A stretch of DNA of 64,000 nt from Octopus bimaculoides (Eukaryota): assembly GCF_001194135.2 (NCBI RefSeq), contig NC_068995.1, positions 30,885,272 through 30,949,271 of the forward strand, in the 5' to 3' direction. The notes below the pieces were generated by a model. The model worked only from the letters and a program-made list of their open reading frames with translations, did no database searches and was not told the DNA's origin. Below, piece after piece: positions 12,244 through 25,689 of the stretch (positions are counted from its first letter, which is position 1; the number at the start of each line of letters is the position of its first letter). A program made the translations under genes and the position numbers.

Positions 12244-13800
12244 CAGTTTATTACTTGAAATTTTTCTTCCAATTTAGAGAAGAAAAAAACCTAGCATAAA
12301 ATTGAGCATTTACTTATTTTGAAGAAGAAATTGATTCCTATTAGAGACAACTGATGTTAAGCTATATCAAAAAGTTATTCTTAGCATTCCAATGAGCAAA
12401 AGTTTGTCTTCATTGACAACAAATTTGTTGAAAATAGTTTTGAATCCATTGGTAAATGCACACTATATTTTCATTTACATCATTGACTATTTTAACCTCC
12501 AATCCTCACAAAAATGTTTCTTAATCTCCATAATTCTAGTTCAAAGTTTCTCAACCTTTTTCTTGTCTATGGACCCTTTTGATTCTTGTTTTACTCAGGC
12601 AGACACTCCTAGCCATTTGATGTTTAAAAATATCCTATTATATTTTTATAATTAAATATTATTAGGAATTGTATAAAAATAATTATCAAAATATTGTGTA
12701 TTATAGAAGTATTACTGATTTACTGGAGTTGAACTTTAACAACAAAATCTTCTGTGGATCCCTAAGAACAATATGAGCCACTGCTCTAGTTGTTATCAGT
12801 GAGTCATTGCACGTGTCTAACTAAACATTGTTGGGTATGTATGAGTGTGGCTAAGCTTAAGTAATTAAAACGAAAGGGATTGAGAAAGCTGATAGTGGAT
12901 AAGTTAAGTGATTGTCATGCTGATATCGGCTAAATATTTAGTTTGAATTGGGGAGAATGTTAAGTTTTATTGTATAGTCCATATGTGTGTAACATTTCCA
13001 CACATCCTTAATACTGACAATACACTGAAATCTTGTCATTTGTCAGCAGTTAGTTCTTGGATTCTATCAGAATTTCATCACTGATGTTATATAGTAAAGT
13101 GGAAATGACTGCATATATTTCTCTTTCTGATAGTAGTTGCTTTGACCAGATAATTTTGACAAATATTTTCACGGTAATATAGATAAAAACCTTACAGAAA
13201 ATATTGTTAGATACTAAATGATAAACTAAACATAAACAGTTTTTTGTCCTTCCTATCACTCCATGAATATCTAATGTGGATAAAGAAACAACAGTAGAGA
13301 AAAACAAAAAAAAACTTTCAAATGAATAAGATGTTCCAAAAATACTGTATATTGAAGTCGATAAACACTGATAGTGGGGAAACTAAAATAAAATTAAATA
13401 AAAGAATGATGTAAATCACTTTTTATTTTTTACTTCTTGTGTTTTAATGAAAGAGGAGTCCTTTTCTTTTTTAAACTGTTGCTTCAAACTAATTTTTGTT
13501 AGGAGCTATTGAATTACACAAGTCAATTTCTCTTTAATGTAACCATTAGCAACATATTGGAATTGAAGTATTTCATCTTAGTCATGCCAGAGACTCAACT
13601 AATTACAAATTTACACAATTTACAAAATTAAGTTTTCAACATTTCTGGTTTTAAGACAACTTTCTACTTTTGTGTATTTGTTTTTTAAAAAGGGAAAGAA
13701 AAATTAACAAAATGATAGTTTTTTTTGTGTATTTCTTGATTGAATAAATTATAGAGCATACAGTTGTTTTATACTTCTGATTATTTTTTCTCTTGTTTAA

Positions 13801-14010
13801 CCCTTTCGTTACTGTATTTATTTTGAGATGCTCTGTGTTTCTTTGAATTACTTTAAATATAACAAAGAATTTATTAAAATAACCTAGTTATCATTTAGTT
13901 AGTGTTAGGAACATAAATTGTGACTAAGGTTTGGTGGAAGATTTTAATTCAAAACTTATGAAAACAAGACATGTGTACTCAGAGCCAGAGCCGGTTTGGT
14001 AACGAAAGGG
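13801..14010. mobile_element. piggyBac-type MITE, family 1
   Basis: TTAA|CCCTTTCGTTAC...GTAACGAAAGGG|TTAA. Confidence 0.85.
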
Positions 14011-14049
14011 TTAAATAAAGCCAATATCCCACAATCATTTTTAATTACA

Positions 14050-14830
14050 AGTGCGTGTCCTTTTACTGATCTCCGTCCCTTGTGAGTATGTCCGGCATTT
14101 TGCCACCATCCCTCTCCTGCTCTTTCGTGCACTCCTGTTGTCTTTCACTCTCTCTCTCCTTCTGCTCTTCCCTCAGATAATGTAACCATGTACCTCCTTT
14201 AAAGCAGCACACCTGTTTCTGTCATCTCTCTCTCTCTCTCGCTGGGTAACCATGTACCTACCCTACAGCAAGACACCTGTTTTTGTCTCTCTGTCTCACT
14301 ATAACCTTTCATCATCTGACACAAGATTCTCTCTTCCAGTACCCCCTCCTCTCTCAAAAATTCCTTGTCTTACAAGTTACTCAGTGACCCCGCTAATGCT
14401 GGTGCCTCTTAAAAAGCATCCAGTCCACACTGTAAAGTGGTTGGCGTTTGGAAGGGCATCCAGCTGTAAAAACCATGCCAACTTAACCTCACCTGTGCTT
14501 GTGCTATGTAAAAAGCACTGAGTCCACTCTACTGGGTGGTTGGTGTTAGGAAGGGCATCCAGTTGTAAAAACCCTGCCAAAACAGACACAGAAGTCAGTT
14601 GGAGACTCCTGCCTGGTCAGCTCTTGTCTAACCATCTAACCCATGCTGACATGTCACAGTCTGAATTAGCTTTATTTGGAGTTATTTCCTTCTTTGATGG
14701 ATCTGGGGACTCTGTTACATGAACATCATTAACTTTGGCATACTTTCCACAGTTGGATGCCATTCCTCTTACCAACCACTTTACATTGTTTCCTGGGTGC
14801 ATTTTTTTTTTTGTTACACCAGCATTAATG
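14050..14830. repeat. Dispersed repeat family C, in both orientations
   Basis: gggcatccagctgtaaaaacc..aacccatgc motif recurs near 24540-24790, 34880-35030, 44450-44660, 50010-50150 and 54450-54620. Confidence 0.65.
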
Positions 14831-15093
14831 CCATTGCTTTGTATGTTTTAAAAAAAAGTCTTCGTTGTTTTGTAAAACAATGTGTATGAATGTGAGTCCA
14901 TTCATACAGGACAATGTGATTAATGCAGTGGGTAGAAGAGGGAATCGTTGCAGAAGTTAACAGAAGAGAAAGTAATGGTGTGGGATAATGGGAGAGAGTG
15001 ATGGATAGTAATACAATGGTGATTTGATGCTGACATTGAGTGCCCTAAACGTGTGTGTGTGTGCCAGCACGGAAGGCAGACATTAAGCGATGA

Positions 15094-15189
<96 letters not shown>

Positions 15190-15190
<1 letters not shown>

Positions 15191-15870
15191 CTAGCTCTGC
15201 TAATTTAAAAGAGCTTATGCACTGCATAAACAATAGTAAAATGTTACAACAGTTCAGTAACCCACCTACTGGATCTAGCGAACATACACATCTAAATACC
15301 AACAAAGGAGATGTAAACCACAATGAAAAGCACCAATTACGGCCAAATTGTTATAGTAGAAATGCTTATGATATAGCTAACATGGTAACAACATTGAAAA
15401 ATGAAGTCAGAACTGCTAGATACAAATAAATATGATAAATTCTCATGCAGAGAAAAATCAAAATGCCCATTGATGAACTTCAGTATGAGTACAAGTCTTG
15501 TATATAAATGTACTGTGCACACAAGGAGAGGGCCGTATGTTTACATTGGGCAGACGGCTGATTCATGTTGCCATCTTCAAGAGAATCGATAAGAGACATT
15601 CAACATCTTTGGCCGATTTTGTATGGCGACTACAGGAAGATAAAATTAAGTACAACATAACTTGGTCCATATTAAGGCACGCAAAACCATACAATATAAT
15701 TTTCAGGAGATGCCGATTCTGCTCCGAGGAATCCTTATCAATTCTGTGGACAAATGAGAAGATTATTAATAGAATTTCTGAAAGATTCTCAAGATGCCTA
15801 CATGCATATAAATGTACTTTCGCACAATGCAGTGGGAATGAATTTGAGTAACTATTAAGATAATTTACTT
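15190..15870 (+). mobile_element. Penelope-like element 3' fragment (GIY-YIG endonuclease), degenerate
   Basis: CPLMNFSMSTSLVYKCTV..YVYIGQT; STSLADFVWRLQED..ITWSILRHAKPYN..RCRFCSEE..NRISERFSRCLH. Confidence 0.8.
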
Positions 15871-16202
15871 CAAGGTATGGATGAATTAACTTTAGCTTTA
15901 ACCTCCCCATTCTTATAAATACCAAGTAGCTATTTAACTCGCTTTGTGATCATGAGTGCACCAAACCACACGTGTGCATATGCTTACATTTTCACAGATG
16001 CTTGAATGAGTGAGTGTGCACGTGCCATGCAACTTGTGCAAGGGCATGTATACATTGATATCTGTTAACGGTTATTTTTAATATTTTTCTTGCAGTATTG
16101 TGTGTCTGTCTCTTTTTTGCATCTGTGATTTTATTTTAGGTCTTCTATATAAATGAAGAGGTTTCTTTTGTTTTGCTGCTTTCATTTCTAAAAAATGAAA
16201 AG

Positions 16203-16246
<44 letters not shown>

Positions 16247-16399
16247 TGAGAAAGAGAGAAGAGCAAGTGGACAAAATCTGTAGACTGATACATTTACTTG
16301 AAGTTTTAAGTGTTTAAGAACTAGTTGATTCAGCTTCACGTGTTTTGTAGTGCATATATCCTCAGATGTACTGAGTCAGAGTGAAGAGATTTAAAGATG

Positions 16400-17580
16400 G
16401 CTTCTAGGAAATAATATTAAGGCCTCCATTGGTCAGTATGCTTCATGTGGATGTTTGAGCAAGGCAGTGACAACATTTCATTCAATATGTATTCCATGTG
16501 GTAGAGGAGACAGTCTATTGGTGCCAGGTAACCTGTCAAATTATCAATTTCAATGATGTCAGTAACTGAAAGACCATGTGGTAGGATAACAGTACAATGA
16601 GTCAGGTTACAAATCAGTTTGCATGTCAAGCATAACTGTGTGTTGTAATTTTAACCAGGTAATAGTAAGTAGTGATTAATGTTATTACATGGGAGAAGAA
16701 TCTCTCTATGAACAAACACATGGTGCATTCCCTGTGATTGTTCAGAAGCTAACAAGGCCTGGGGTGGTCTTTTCAAATTAGCAGCGACCAATAAGTTTGA
16801 AGTTCATTAATAGAACATAACTTTGGTGTCATCAATTTATTGTTGATAGATAATGGAAGCTGTTGCATAGTTTGTCATGGAAAGAGAGTTGGCAGTTACA
16901 AACTCCAGGTGGGTAAAAAGAGGCCTTGCCAAGGATGGTCTATGTGATGGTGAGGAAGCCATTTCCTTGGTCTAAGACCCTCCAGCTAATAGGATAGGGA
17001 GGTAGAGTTTTTTGTGTTCCTATGCCCAGAAGAGTGCATGTGTTGCATAAATGCTCCATTGACATCACCATTGGTCGTTATGATTGTTTAGTGTCTTGTG
17101 ATGCTATCAGATGGGATGAGTGGCTGTATAGACCACAATCTTTGGCAAAGCAGTGACACTGTTGGATTCAATATGTGTTCCATATGGTAGAGGAGACAGT
17201 CTGTTGGATTTGAGATTTCAGTAATATCTACTATATAAAGAATGTGTTGAATCAACTGTTACTGTTGCCTTGCCAAATTATTCACGTAACTTGTGCTAAC
17301 TAATGGAGGCAGGATCCTCTCTGGATAGTTGGTAGGAACTTGGTTGTAACAGGGATGGGATTTAGGGTGGAGGCCAATTGTATGCATGTTTCTGTTGTGA
17401 CATGCAATGTCGGAAGTGATATTGTCTAAGCAGGAGTAGCTAAATTTGATATTGTAGACATTAAAGAGCTTATAGGTTCTTGAGAAATGCTGTTTAATTA
17501 GGGACAGGAAGGTTCTAGCTACATTAATAGCTACATCTAGATTTCATGGAGGACTAAACATGGTTATCTTTTTTTTTCTC
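16400..17580 (-). mobile_element. Highly degenerate retroelement remnant with an internal duplicated segment
   Basis: atatgt(a/g)ttcca(t)..ggtagaggagacagtct occurs at both about 16485 and about 17170; weak PLE-like translation (IQQTVSSTIWNTY). Confidence 0.3.
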
Positions 17581-17779
17581 TCTTCAAGTTTGGGGTTAGG
17601 AATCCTTCATATATATTAAGCTATCAGTAATGCCATTCTTTACTGGTGCCTGATGATAATGGACTATAAGCCCTATTGAAGATCTGCCTCTGCCAATAGA
17701 TGGGAGATTTTTCCACAGATACTTGTTGCTAGGTTTCTGATGGCAGCTGAGAAGGAAGTTGGAGTTCCCATATATATGG

Positions 17780-18190
17780 TGGTTGTCTTCTCCTTATGCA
17801 GATTTTGACCACCTCCTGTACCTACACCTTAGCACCATCATGGCATCTGATGCGGCTTTTTAAACCAAACAATGGTCTGAAAAGACACCCACATAGATTG
17901 CACATCCAATTTGGACCACCAAGAGCTGCAGATAAGTTTTTAAAATGGATCTTAAAATGTGTTTTGAAGACACTGCATTCAAAGGTGTGCACAGGCACAT
18001 AGGCAGAATAGTTGGTGGAGGTTTGTTTTCCATGGATTCACAGATGAAACTTGAGCTCAGCAAAAGACAGGCATAGTCTGTCACAAACTGTGCACACAAA
18101 AAGGTCATTGTTATTCACCTTTTCAATCGTAACATTCTTCCTTAGATCTCTTTTGAGTCTTACATGCGTTATATATGCAAACAATTTCTT
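17780..18190 (-). mobile_element. RTE-type LINE 3' fragment with zinc-finger remnant
   Basis: FVCTVCDRLCLSFAELKFHL; same type as 50784-51480. Confidence 0.6.
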
Positions 18191-18833
18191 TGTTATGCTT
18201 TTCTCTAGGGGTATACTCTCTTGCTCGCTCTCTCTATGTGTGTGTGTGTGTGTGTGTATAATTCCTGCATCCATCTTAACTTAGATGTGCTATGTAAATG
18301 CCATAAACTGCAGTAATTGTCTTGAGAAACAATTTTGTACTAGCTGGACCCGTGAAAAATTCACAGAAAACATAAAAAAATGTAAGAATCTGTAAACAAT
18401 GTACTGGTGCTATGAGAAATGCTTGTATATTATGACTGTCTGTCTTTACGCTCTGAGTTCAAATTCTGCCGAGATTGACTTTGCCTTTCGTCCTTTCAGG
18501 GTCGATACATTAAGTATCAGTTTTGTATGGGGTTGATCTAATCGACTGGCCCTGTCTCCACAAAAATATAGAAAGTAATGTAACACCAATGACTATATAA
18601 TCCAACCAAAATATCTGTTACACAAACAGAAACAAAATTACTATTTAACCTTAAAATACATCAGACATATTCAAAGAACCTTAATGTACAAATTGAAACG
18701 CAAAAGAACGAAATAAATGGATTTCTGAATGAAAATTTGGTAATTGCGTTTATTTCCACCATGCGACACTTATTGCAAACATGTTTTAACTAACCTAAAC
18801 TATATATACACACACACACACACACACACATTC

Positions 18834-18872
<39 letters not shown>

Positions 18873-21167
18873 TCGGATTGTAGCTGTAATTCATAGGGGC
18901 CAGCCTTGTCTTATTCTGTGTGAGGCTGAATCTCTCTGAGAACTACGTTAATGTTATGCATGTCTGTGGAGTACTCAGCCATTTGTGAGTTAATTTTATC
19001 CTCGTGTGGTAATGAAACGTGAAAATGACATCCAATATTTGCTATGTATGTATCTATGTATGAACTCTTCTTTGGATTTATGTATCTACTGTCTCTCTCT
19101 CTCACTTTCTCTTTTTCTCTTTCATTTCCTCTGTGCCCCTCTTCTCTCCCACTTTTGATTTAACAATGTGTATACGTATCTATGTATCTATTTCTCTTGC
19201 AATGTCATAAGCATTTAAAACCAAAACGAACACCATCACCACTCACTATCTCTTTCTCTCTCACTTTTTCTCACTCTTTCTTTCTCTTATTTCCTCTCTG
19301 AAAGATTTATAAACACTAAACGAATGCCGTCACCACTCACTGTCTCTTTTACTCTCTCTTTTTCTCTCACTCCCTTTCTCTCTCACTCTCTCTCTTCCTC
19401 TCTGTCCTTTTCTCTCTCGCTTTGCCACTTCTTTGAAGTAAGTGACGCACACAACAGGTACGTACAAAAACAAAAAGGTAGCATATTAATATTATTGATA
19501 GATGATAGATGTATAGTGCCAAAATTCACAGATTACATCAGTAGACAAATTTTGTTAGTACTGGTTCTTAAGGGACTATTTTATCACGAGATTTCAACAT
19601 GTTTTCACATTGAAAGCAATAGACATCCTACACCAAATGCTAGGCCAAATTTCATCAAACCAATATAGTTTAACTCTGACTAAACAGTCTGTGGTGTCAC
19701 AAATAGTTGGCTGTGTATAAATTAATTCTTAGTTACAGAAGCAGTCTTTGCAACAAATATTAATTTGTGCATTCAACTTACTGTTGAGTTAGCACATCGT
19801 AAATGTTCCATTGTTATTCTTATAAAATAATAACTTCAGTTTAACATTTATATGTGAATGTGTGTGCATATACACTGTCTGTATGTTTCATTGTATGAAA
19901 AACATTTAGCAGAAAATGGTGACACTTGTTGACATTCTCTGCTAACAATTCAACTTGTAATGTGCTATCAAAGGTGAGTGGAATGAAAAATCTCTTAAGA
20001 AACTGGCAAGGGTTAGCTGCATGAAAGGCAGTGTCAGTGCACATGAACAATAAAATATGAATATGTCTAGAGAAGAATTGATCACAAGAGGAATCAGATG
20101 TAGTGTGCATGAGAGACAACTGTGTTGGTTTGGGCATGTGATGCATATGGAAGCATATAGTTATGTAAAGGAACAACCGTGCGAACTCATAAAAGGAGAA
20201 TTGGTGACGAATGGAAAAACAGAGGACTCCTTTTATTTAAACGTGTCACACAGTCGAACACAAAAATATATATATCAAATTTGATATACATAATATGTTA
20301 TGCGACGATAACATAGATGACCAGTAATGAAAGACCACAACCGTATTAGATGAATAACAGAGATATTTATTGTAGCGTTAAAGATGTATGTCTGTGTGAG
20401 AGTGTGAATGCGACATATAAGAACATAATCAAAGACAGGCCGTCATACAAAGAAAAGTGTGTATGTGAGTGATACATGTGTGTATGAGTGTTTACAGCAT
20501 ATAGANNNNNNNNNNNNNNNNNNNNNNNNNNNNNNNNNNNNNNNNNNNNNNNNNNNNNNNNNNNNNNNNNNNNNNNNNNNNNNNNNNNNNNNNNNNNNNN
20601 NNNNNNNNNNNNNNNNNNNNNNNNNNNNNNNNNNNNNNNNNNNNNNNNNNNNNNNNNNNNNNNNNNNNNNNNNNNNNNNNNNNNNNNNNNNNNNNNNNNN
20701 NNNNNNNNNNNNNNNNNNNNNNNNNNNNNNNNNNNNNNNNNNNNNNNNNNNNNNNNNNNNNNNNNNNNNNNNNNNNNNNNNNNNNNNNNNNNNNNNNNNN
20801 NNNNNNNNNNNNNNNNNNNNNNNNNNNNNNNNNNNNNNNNNNNNNNNNNNNNNNNNNNNNNNNNNNNNNNNNNNNNNNNNNNNNNNNNNNNNNNNNNNNN
20901 NNNNNNNNNNNNNNNNNNNNNNNNNNNNNNNNNNNNNNNNNNNNNNNNNNNNNNNNNNNNNNNNNNNNNNNNNNNNNNNNNNNNNNNNNNNNNNNNNNNN
21001 NNNNNNNNNNNNNNNNNNNNNNNNNNNNNNNNNNNNNNNNNNNNNNNNNNNNNNNNNNNNNNNNNNNNNNNNNNNNNNNNNNNNNNNNNNNNNNNNNNNN
21101 NNNNNNNNNNNNNNNNNNNNNNNNNNNNNNNNNNNNNNNNNNNNNNNNNNNNNNNNNNNNNNNNNNN

Positions 21168-21460
21168 ACAAATTTGGCCACCGAGTTAAAGCTATTTATA
21201 ACAAACTATCGGCTCCCGATGGCTTCAGAATTTTACTCTATCACATGACCTTATTAGGGGCCATGATTGGTCAGTTTGTGTTCTGGCGGGAAAGGTTCGA
21301 AGAATTTGCCGCTTCAAATAATAATCAGTCACATGATGACAAGGTTAATGTTTTCCGCTACGTTCGCGTTTATATTTAAATGAGAAGAATGGCGATAGCA
21401 GTTTTATATCTAATGGCGATAGGTAGTTTTGTATGTAATGGCGATCGAGGTGTTAGTTTC
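21168..21460. promoter_or_regulatory. Candidate housekeeping-type promoter (CpG-rich patch)
   Basis: 14 CpGs in about 280 bp in a CpG-poor window; TCACATGA at 21241 and 21329; ATTGG (reverse CCAAT) near 21266; TGGCGGGAAA (E2F-type) at 21284; three ATGGCG (YY1 core) at 21389, 21413 and 21438. Confidence 0.5.
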
Positions 21461-21929
21461 ACTACAGTTATATAAAGAGTTGCTGATTGCTTCAGACAGA
21501 TATGAGATGTAGTGGTGAAGGTAGATCTCATGATGTTGAACCATGCGGAGGAGATGAATTACAGTATGCAGTGCTTAAGAAGACTTGCCCATCTATGCTA
21601 GAAGGGTGAAACTGAGGTTCTGAAAGCATAATGTGTATAGGCTCAATTGAAATTCTGGAAACAAAGTTATGCTCACATAAATTGTCCCTGTCAAGTATAC
21701 ACTTGTTGCTCCTCCTTCAACACCTGGGTCCCTCACATGAAACACTTCCTGTGGATATCCATTCTTATATTTTGCCTATATCACAGCAAGAAACTCAAAA
21801 GAGAGCAGCTGTGTTGAACTCTCTCCTTCACCAAAAGCCAATCACATAAGAATGACCGCTGAAAAGATGATTACACTGGTGGGGCTCCAGCATGGCCACA
21901 GTCTCTTGGCTGAAACATATAAAAGAAAT

Positions 21930-21954
21930 ATATATGTGTGTGTGTGTGTATGTA

Positions 21955-22019
<65 letters not shown>

Positions 22020-22298
22020 NNNNNNNNNNNNNNNNNNNNNNNNNNNNNNNNNNNNNNNNNNNNNNNNNNNNNNNNNNNNNNNNNNNNNNNNNNNNNNNNN
22101 NNNNNNNNNNNNNNNNNNNNNNNNNNNNNNNNNNNNNNNNNNNNNNNNNNNNNNNNNNNNNNNNNNNNNNNNNNNNNNNNNNNNNNNNNNNNNNNNNNNN
22201 NNNNNNNNNNNNNNNNTGTTTTATTATTTTTTTTTTTCCCTTTCCTATCATTTCTCCACGTGCAGTTAACACAACCCCACCATTTACTGACTTATATA

Positions 22299-22331
<33 letters not shown>

Positions 22332-22344
22332 GTGAGTGGGTATG

Positions 22345-22389
<45 letters not shown>

Positions 22390-22488
22390 ATGTGTATATA
22401 TGTGTCTATATATATGTGTGTGTATGTATGTATGTATGTATATATGTGTGTGTATATGTATATATATGTATGGGTGTATGTATGTATG

Positions 22489-22526
<38 letters not shown>
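21930..22526. repeat. Compound TG/TA microsatellite cluster around a gap
   Basis: Visible directly; similar tracts occur throughout the window. Confidence 0.9.
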
Positions 22527-22629
22527 CATTTACAAAATAAGTACTGGGACCGATTTGTTCAAGTAAGCCCTTCAAGACAGTGCCTCAGCTTGACCTCAGT
22601 TCGATGACTGAAACAAGTAAAAGGTATTA

Positions 22630-22960
22630 TGTGTATCTTTCTTTTACTTGTTTCAGTCATTAGAATGTGGCCATGCTGGGGCACTGCCTTGAAGAATTTT
22701 AGTTGAACGAATCCACTTCTGTTCTTATTTTTCTTTTTTAGCCTGGTACTTACTCTATCAGTCTCTTTTGCTGAACTTTTAAGTTACAGAGACATAACCA
22801 CACCAACATCTGTTGTTAAGTAGTGATGGGAGACAAACAGATACAATAACACACACAATGGGATTCTTTCAGTTTCCTTCTACCAAATCCACTTACAAGG
22901 CCTTGAGGCTATAGTAGAAGATGCCTCCCCAAGGTGTCATGCAGTGGGGCTATGAAACAA
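22630..22960 (-). mobile_element. SINE family A, diverged
   Basis: Reverse complement of the family A body and tail. Confidence 0.75.
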
Positions 22961-22964
22961 CATG

Positions 22965-23560
22965 GTTCTGAATTCAGATGTCATCATTATGATTATTGCT
23001 TGATTATATTGAGATCTGGTGATTGCGGAGGCCAGTCTGATTGGTCTATTTCACTTTTGTTTCCATTGTACCAATTTTGAATAACATCAACCATATGACC
23101 CAGCACATTATTGTCCTGGAAGATTATGCTACAATCAAGTAACAATGTTTGCATCATAGGATAAACATAATCAGCTAAAATACTAGGATAGTCGTTGATG
23201 AACAACTGAAGGGCCAAGAGAATTCCATAATATGGCTGCCCAAATCATGACAATGCCACTTTTGTGCTTCATAGTTGTAGGCAAATAATCACGATTGACA
23301 TCTTTATGTTGTCTCCAGACGTAAACTTGCCCCATATTTAGAAAAGTGGGTGAACGATGATTCATCATAGAAAATAATATTGTTCTATTGAGCTATTTAT
23401 GATAGTCTTGATGTTTTCCATTTATCAATGTTGTTGAATGATAGGAAAGATTTAGCAGCCCTCTTATGGTATCCAGCTTTATGGAGCTCACAAGGTTTGA
23501 AAGGTAGTGGTTTAGTTTTGCTGTAGTTCAGTGGTTCCCCTCTATGTATTCTTTTCAACT
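22965..23560 (-). mobile_element. Tc1-like transposase remnant
   Basis: VMIWAAI, IIFQDNN, WPPQSPDLNII. Confidence 0.75.
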
Positions 23561-23584
23561 CTAAGCATAAGGCCTGAAGTTTTG

Positions 23585-23770
23585 GAGGAGAGGGGAGCAG
23601 TCGATTAGATCGACCCCAGTACGCAATTGGTACTTAATTTATTGACCCCGAAAGGATGAAAGGCAAAGATGATCTTGGCAGAATTTGAACTCGGAAGGTA
23701 AAGCCAGATGAAATACCGCTAAGCATTTCACCCGGCGTGCTAACGATTCTGCCAGCTCACTGCCTTCCGC
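23585..23770 (-). mobile_element. SINE family B
   Basis: Reverse complement of the 4730-4935 pattern; further copies near 18420-18555 (+), 34465-34700 (-), 37030-37240 (-) and 37290-37430 (-). Confidence 0.8.
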
Positions 23771-23875
23771 TGTATGTATTCTGTGGTTCCTCTCTATGTG
23801 CTTTGTTTTCTGTTTCAAATTATGCTTGCCAGAGCTAGTTTTCCTTCTTGAAACATTAAACAATTCAACAGTATA

Positions 23876-24298
23876 GGCGTAGGAGTGGCTGTGTGGTAAG
23901 TAGCATGCTTATGAACCACATGGTTCCGGGTTCAGTCCCACTGCGTGGCACCTTGGGCAAGTGTCTTCTACTATAGCCTCGGGCTGACCAAAGCCTTGTG
24001 AGTGGATTTGGTAGACGGAAACTGAAAGAAGCTCATCGTATATATGTATATATATATATATGTATATATGTATGTGTGTGTATATGTTTGTGTATCTGTG
24101 TTTGTCCCCCCAGCATCACTTGACAACCAATGCTGGTGTGTTTACATCTCCGTAACTTAGCGGTTTGGCAAAAGAGACTGATAGAATAAGTAGTAGGCTT
24201 ACAAAAGAACAAGCCCTGGGGTCGATTTGCTCGACTAAAGGTGGTGCTCCAGTATGGCCACAGTCAAATGACTGAAACAAGTAAAAGAGTAAAAGAGT
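23876..24298 (+). mobile_element. SINE family A, full length, young-looking
   Basis: ggcgtaggagtggctgtgtggtaag..ggttccgggttcagtcccactgcgtggcacc; retains CpGs. Confidence 0.9.
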
Positions 24299-25689
24299 TT
24301 TAGTGATTGAAACTCCAGTGTTCTACTTTTCAAATATTTGTCCTCTTTAGAAGTCAATAGATCACACATCTTATCTTATTTAAATATATGTGCAAAAATA
24401 GAGAACAAAAGAAAATCAGGGGCTTATCACAAAGTACAAGACATACATAATATAATCCATATAAATAAATATATATTTACAGACTAGTATAGCTTTGAAT
24501 ATGCCATATTGCCAATAGGAAAAACTGGTTAAGCGAGTAACGTTTCCATTACTGTGTTCAACCCATGCTTGCCTGCATGTGTGTGTGTGCGCGCACGCAC
24601 GTGCGCAATCATGACTTAATGTCCATCTTCCATGCTGGCATAGGTTGGATGGTTTGACAGGATTCAACAAACTAGATGGCTGCATCAAGCTCTTGTTTTA
24701 GCATGGTTTCGACAGCTTAATATTTTCCTAACACTGATCAGTTTACAGAGTGCACTAGGTGTTTTTTCTATGGTAGTGAGGTCACTAAGTAACTCAGGAC
24801 AAAGAAAAGCTATAGAGAGACAGGTATCTTGCTATTAAGGAGATACATGACTACACCATATATTGGGTTCGGTGAGAGTAATTGGAAGGAAGATGAAAGT
24901 GGTGGTGACAAGATGTCAGAACATACCCACATGATAAACAAAGATGAGCATAAGAGAGAATACAGAGGATCAGGAAGGGTGGGTAGGTAATTTCACTGGA
25001 GAGGAGAGTGACTGGTGGTTAGAGAAGGGGGTACAGGGGAATCTAATGAATGATGAACAAAAGTGAAGGTGTGGTTAATGATAAATATTAGTATGGGGAG
25101 ATAAGGTAAAAGATATTGAGCAGCTCAGAAAGAAGGCGGTGATAAGTGGCAGTACAGGAACACTGGAGAATAGTAGTATAATGAACCTGTAGATAGATCA
25201 GAAAATGTGAAGATAATGTGAATGGTGAGAGAGTGGAATGAAATAGATGTCAGATGTACATAGGGATCGCTACAGTGAGTGGAAGGCCAAGGTTTGTGTG
25301 TGTCAGGGCATTCAGTTGACTGCAGATATGAAAGGGTATTGAGAATGATAGCAGATAAGAGAGTGTATTAGAAATGGGGTATGACAGTCCTGAGAAGTAA
25401 CTGAGAGGAGAGTAAGAGATAACTGGAGGTACAGAAAGGAGAGGCTGAAGGCAGATAGAGTGGGAAGGGAGGATATTGAGAATGAGAGATGAATTTTTGA
25501 AAGGAGGTAACTGGTAGGGGAATGAAATATGTACAGATTCTGTTCTCATAATGCAGCAGCTAAATAGTGCTGTGGTTAAAAGAGTGGAGGGATGGGTGTT
25601 TGGAAAATTAGAGTTTGGGAAGGCTTGGCAGGGATAGATAGAGTGTAAGGCCTGGTGAGTGTGTGGACTTAAACATAATGTATATAGGA

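Noticed and set aside
17640-17700. CTGATGA with a possible stem II followed by GAAG; similar partial cores at about 39790-39850 (-), 7240-7280 (-) and 15940-15970
   Set aside because: No intact GAAA box and no convincing stem I; at best very decayed hammerheads.
18640-18800. Possible minus-strand first exon divergent from the 21.3-kb patch
   Set aside because: The short ORF has no homology or clear donor site, and no further minus-strand exons were found.
23876-23950. tRNA-like A and B boxes
   Set aside because: These are SINE heads followed by SINE body sequence, not tRNA genes.
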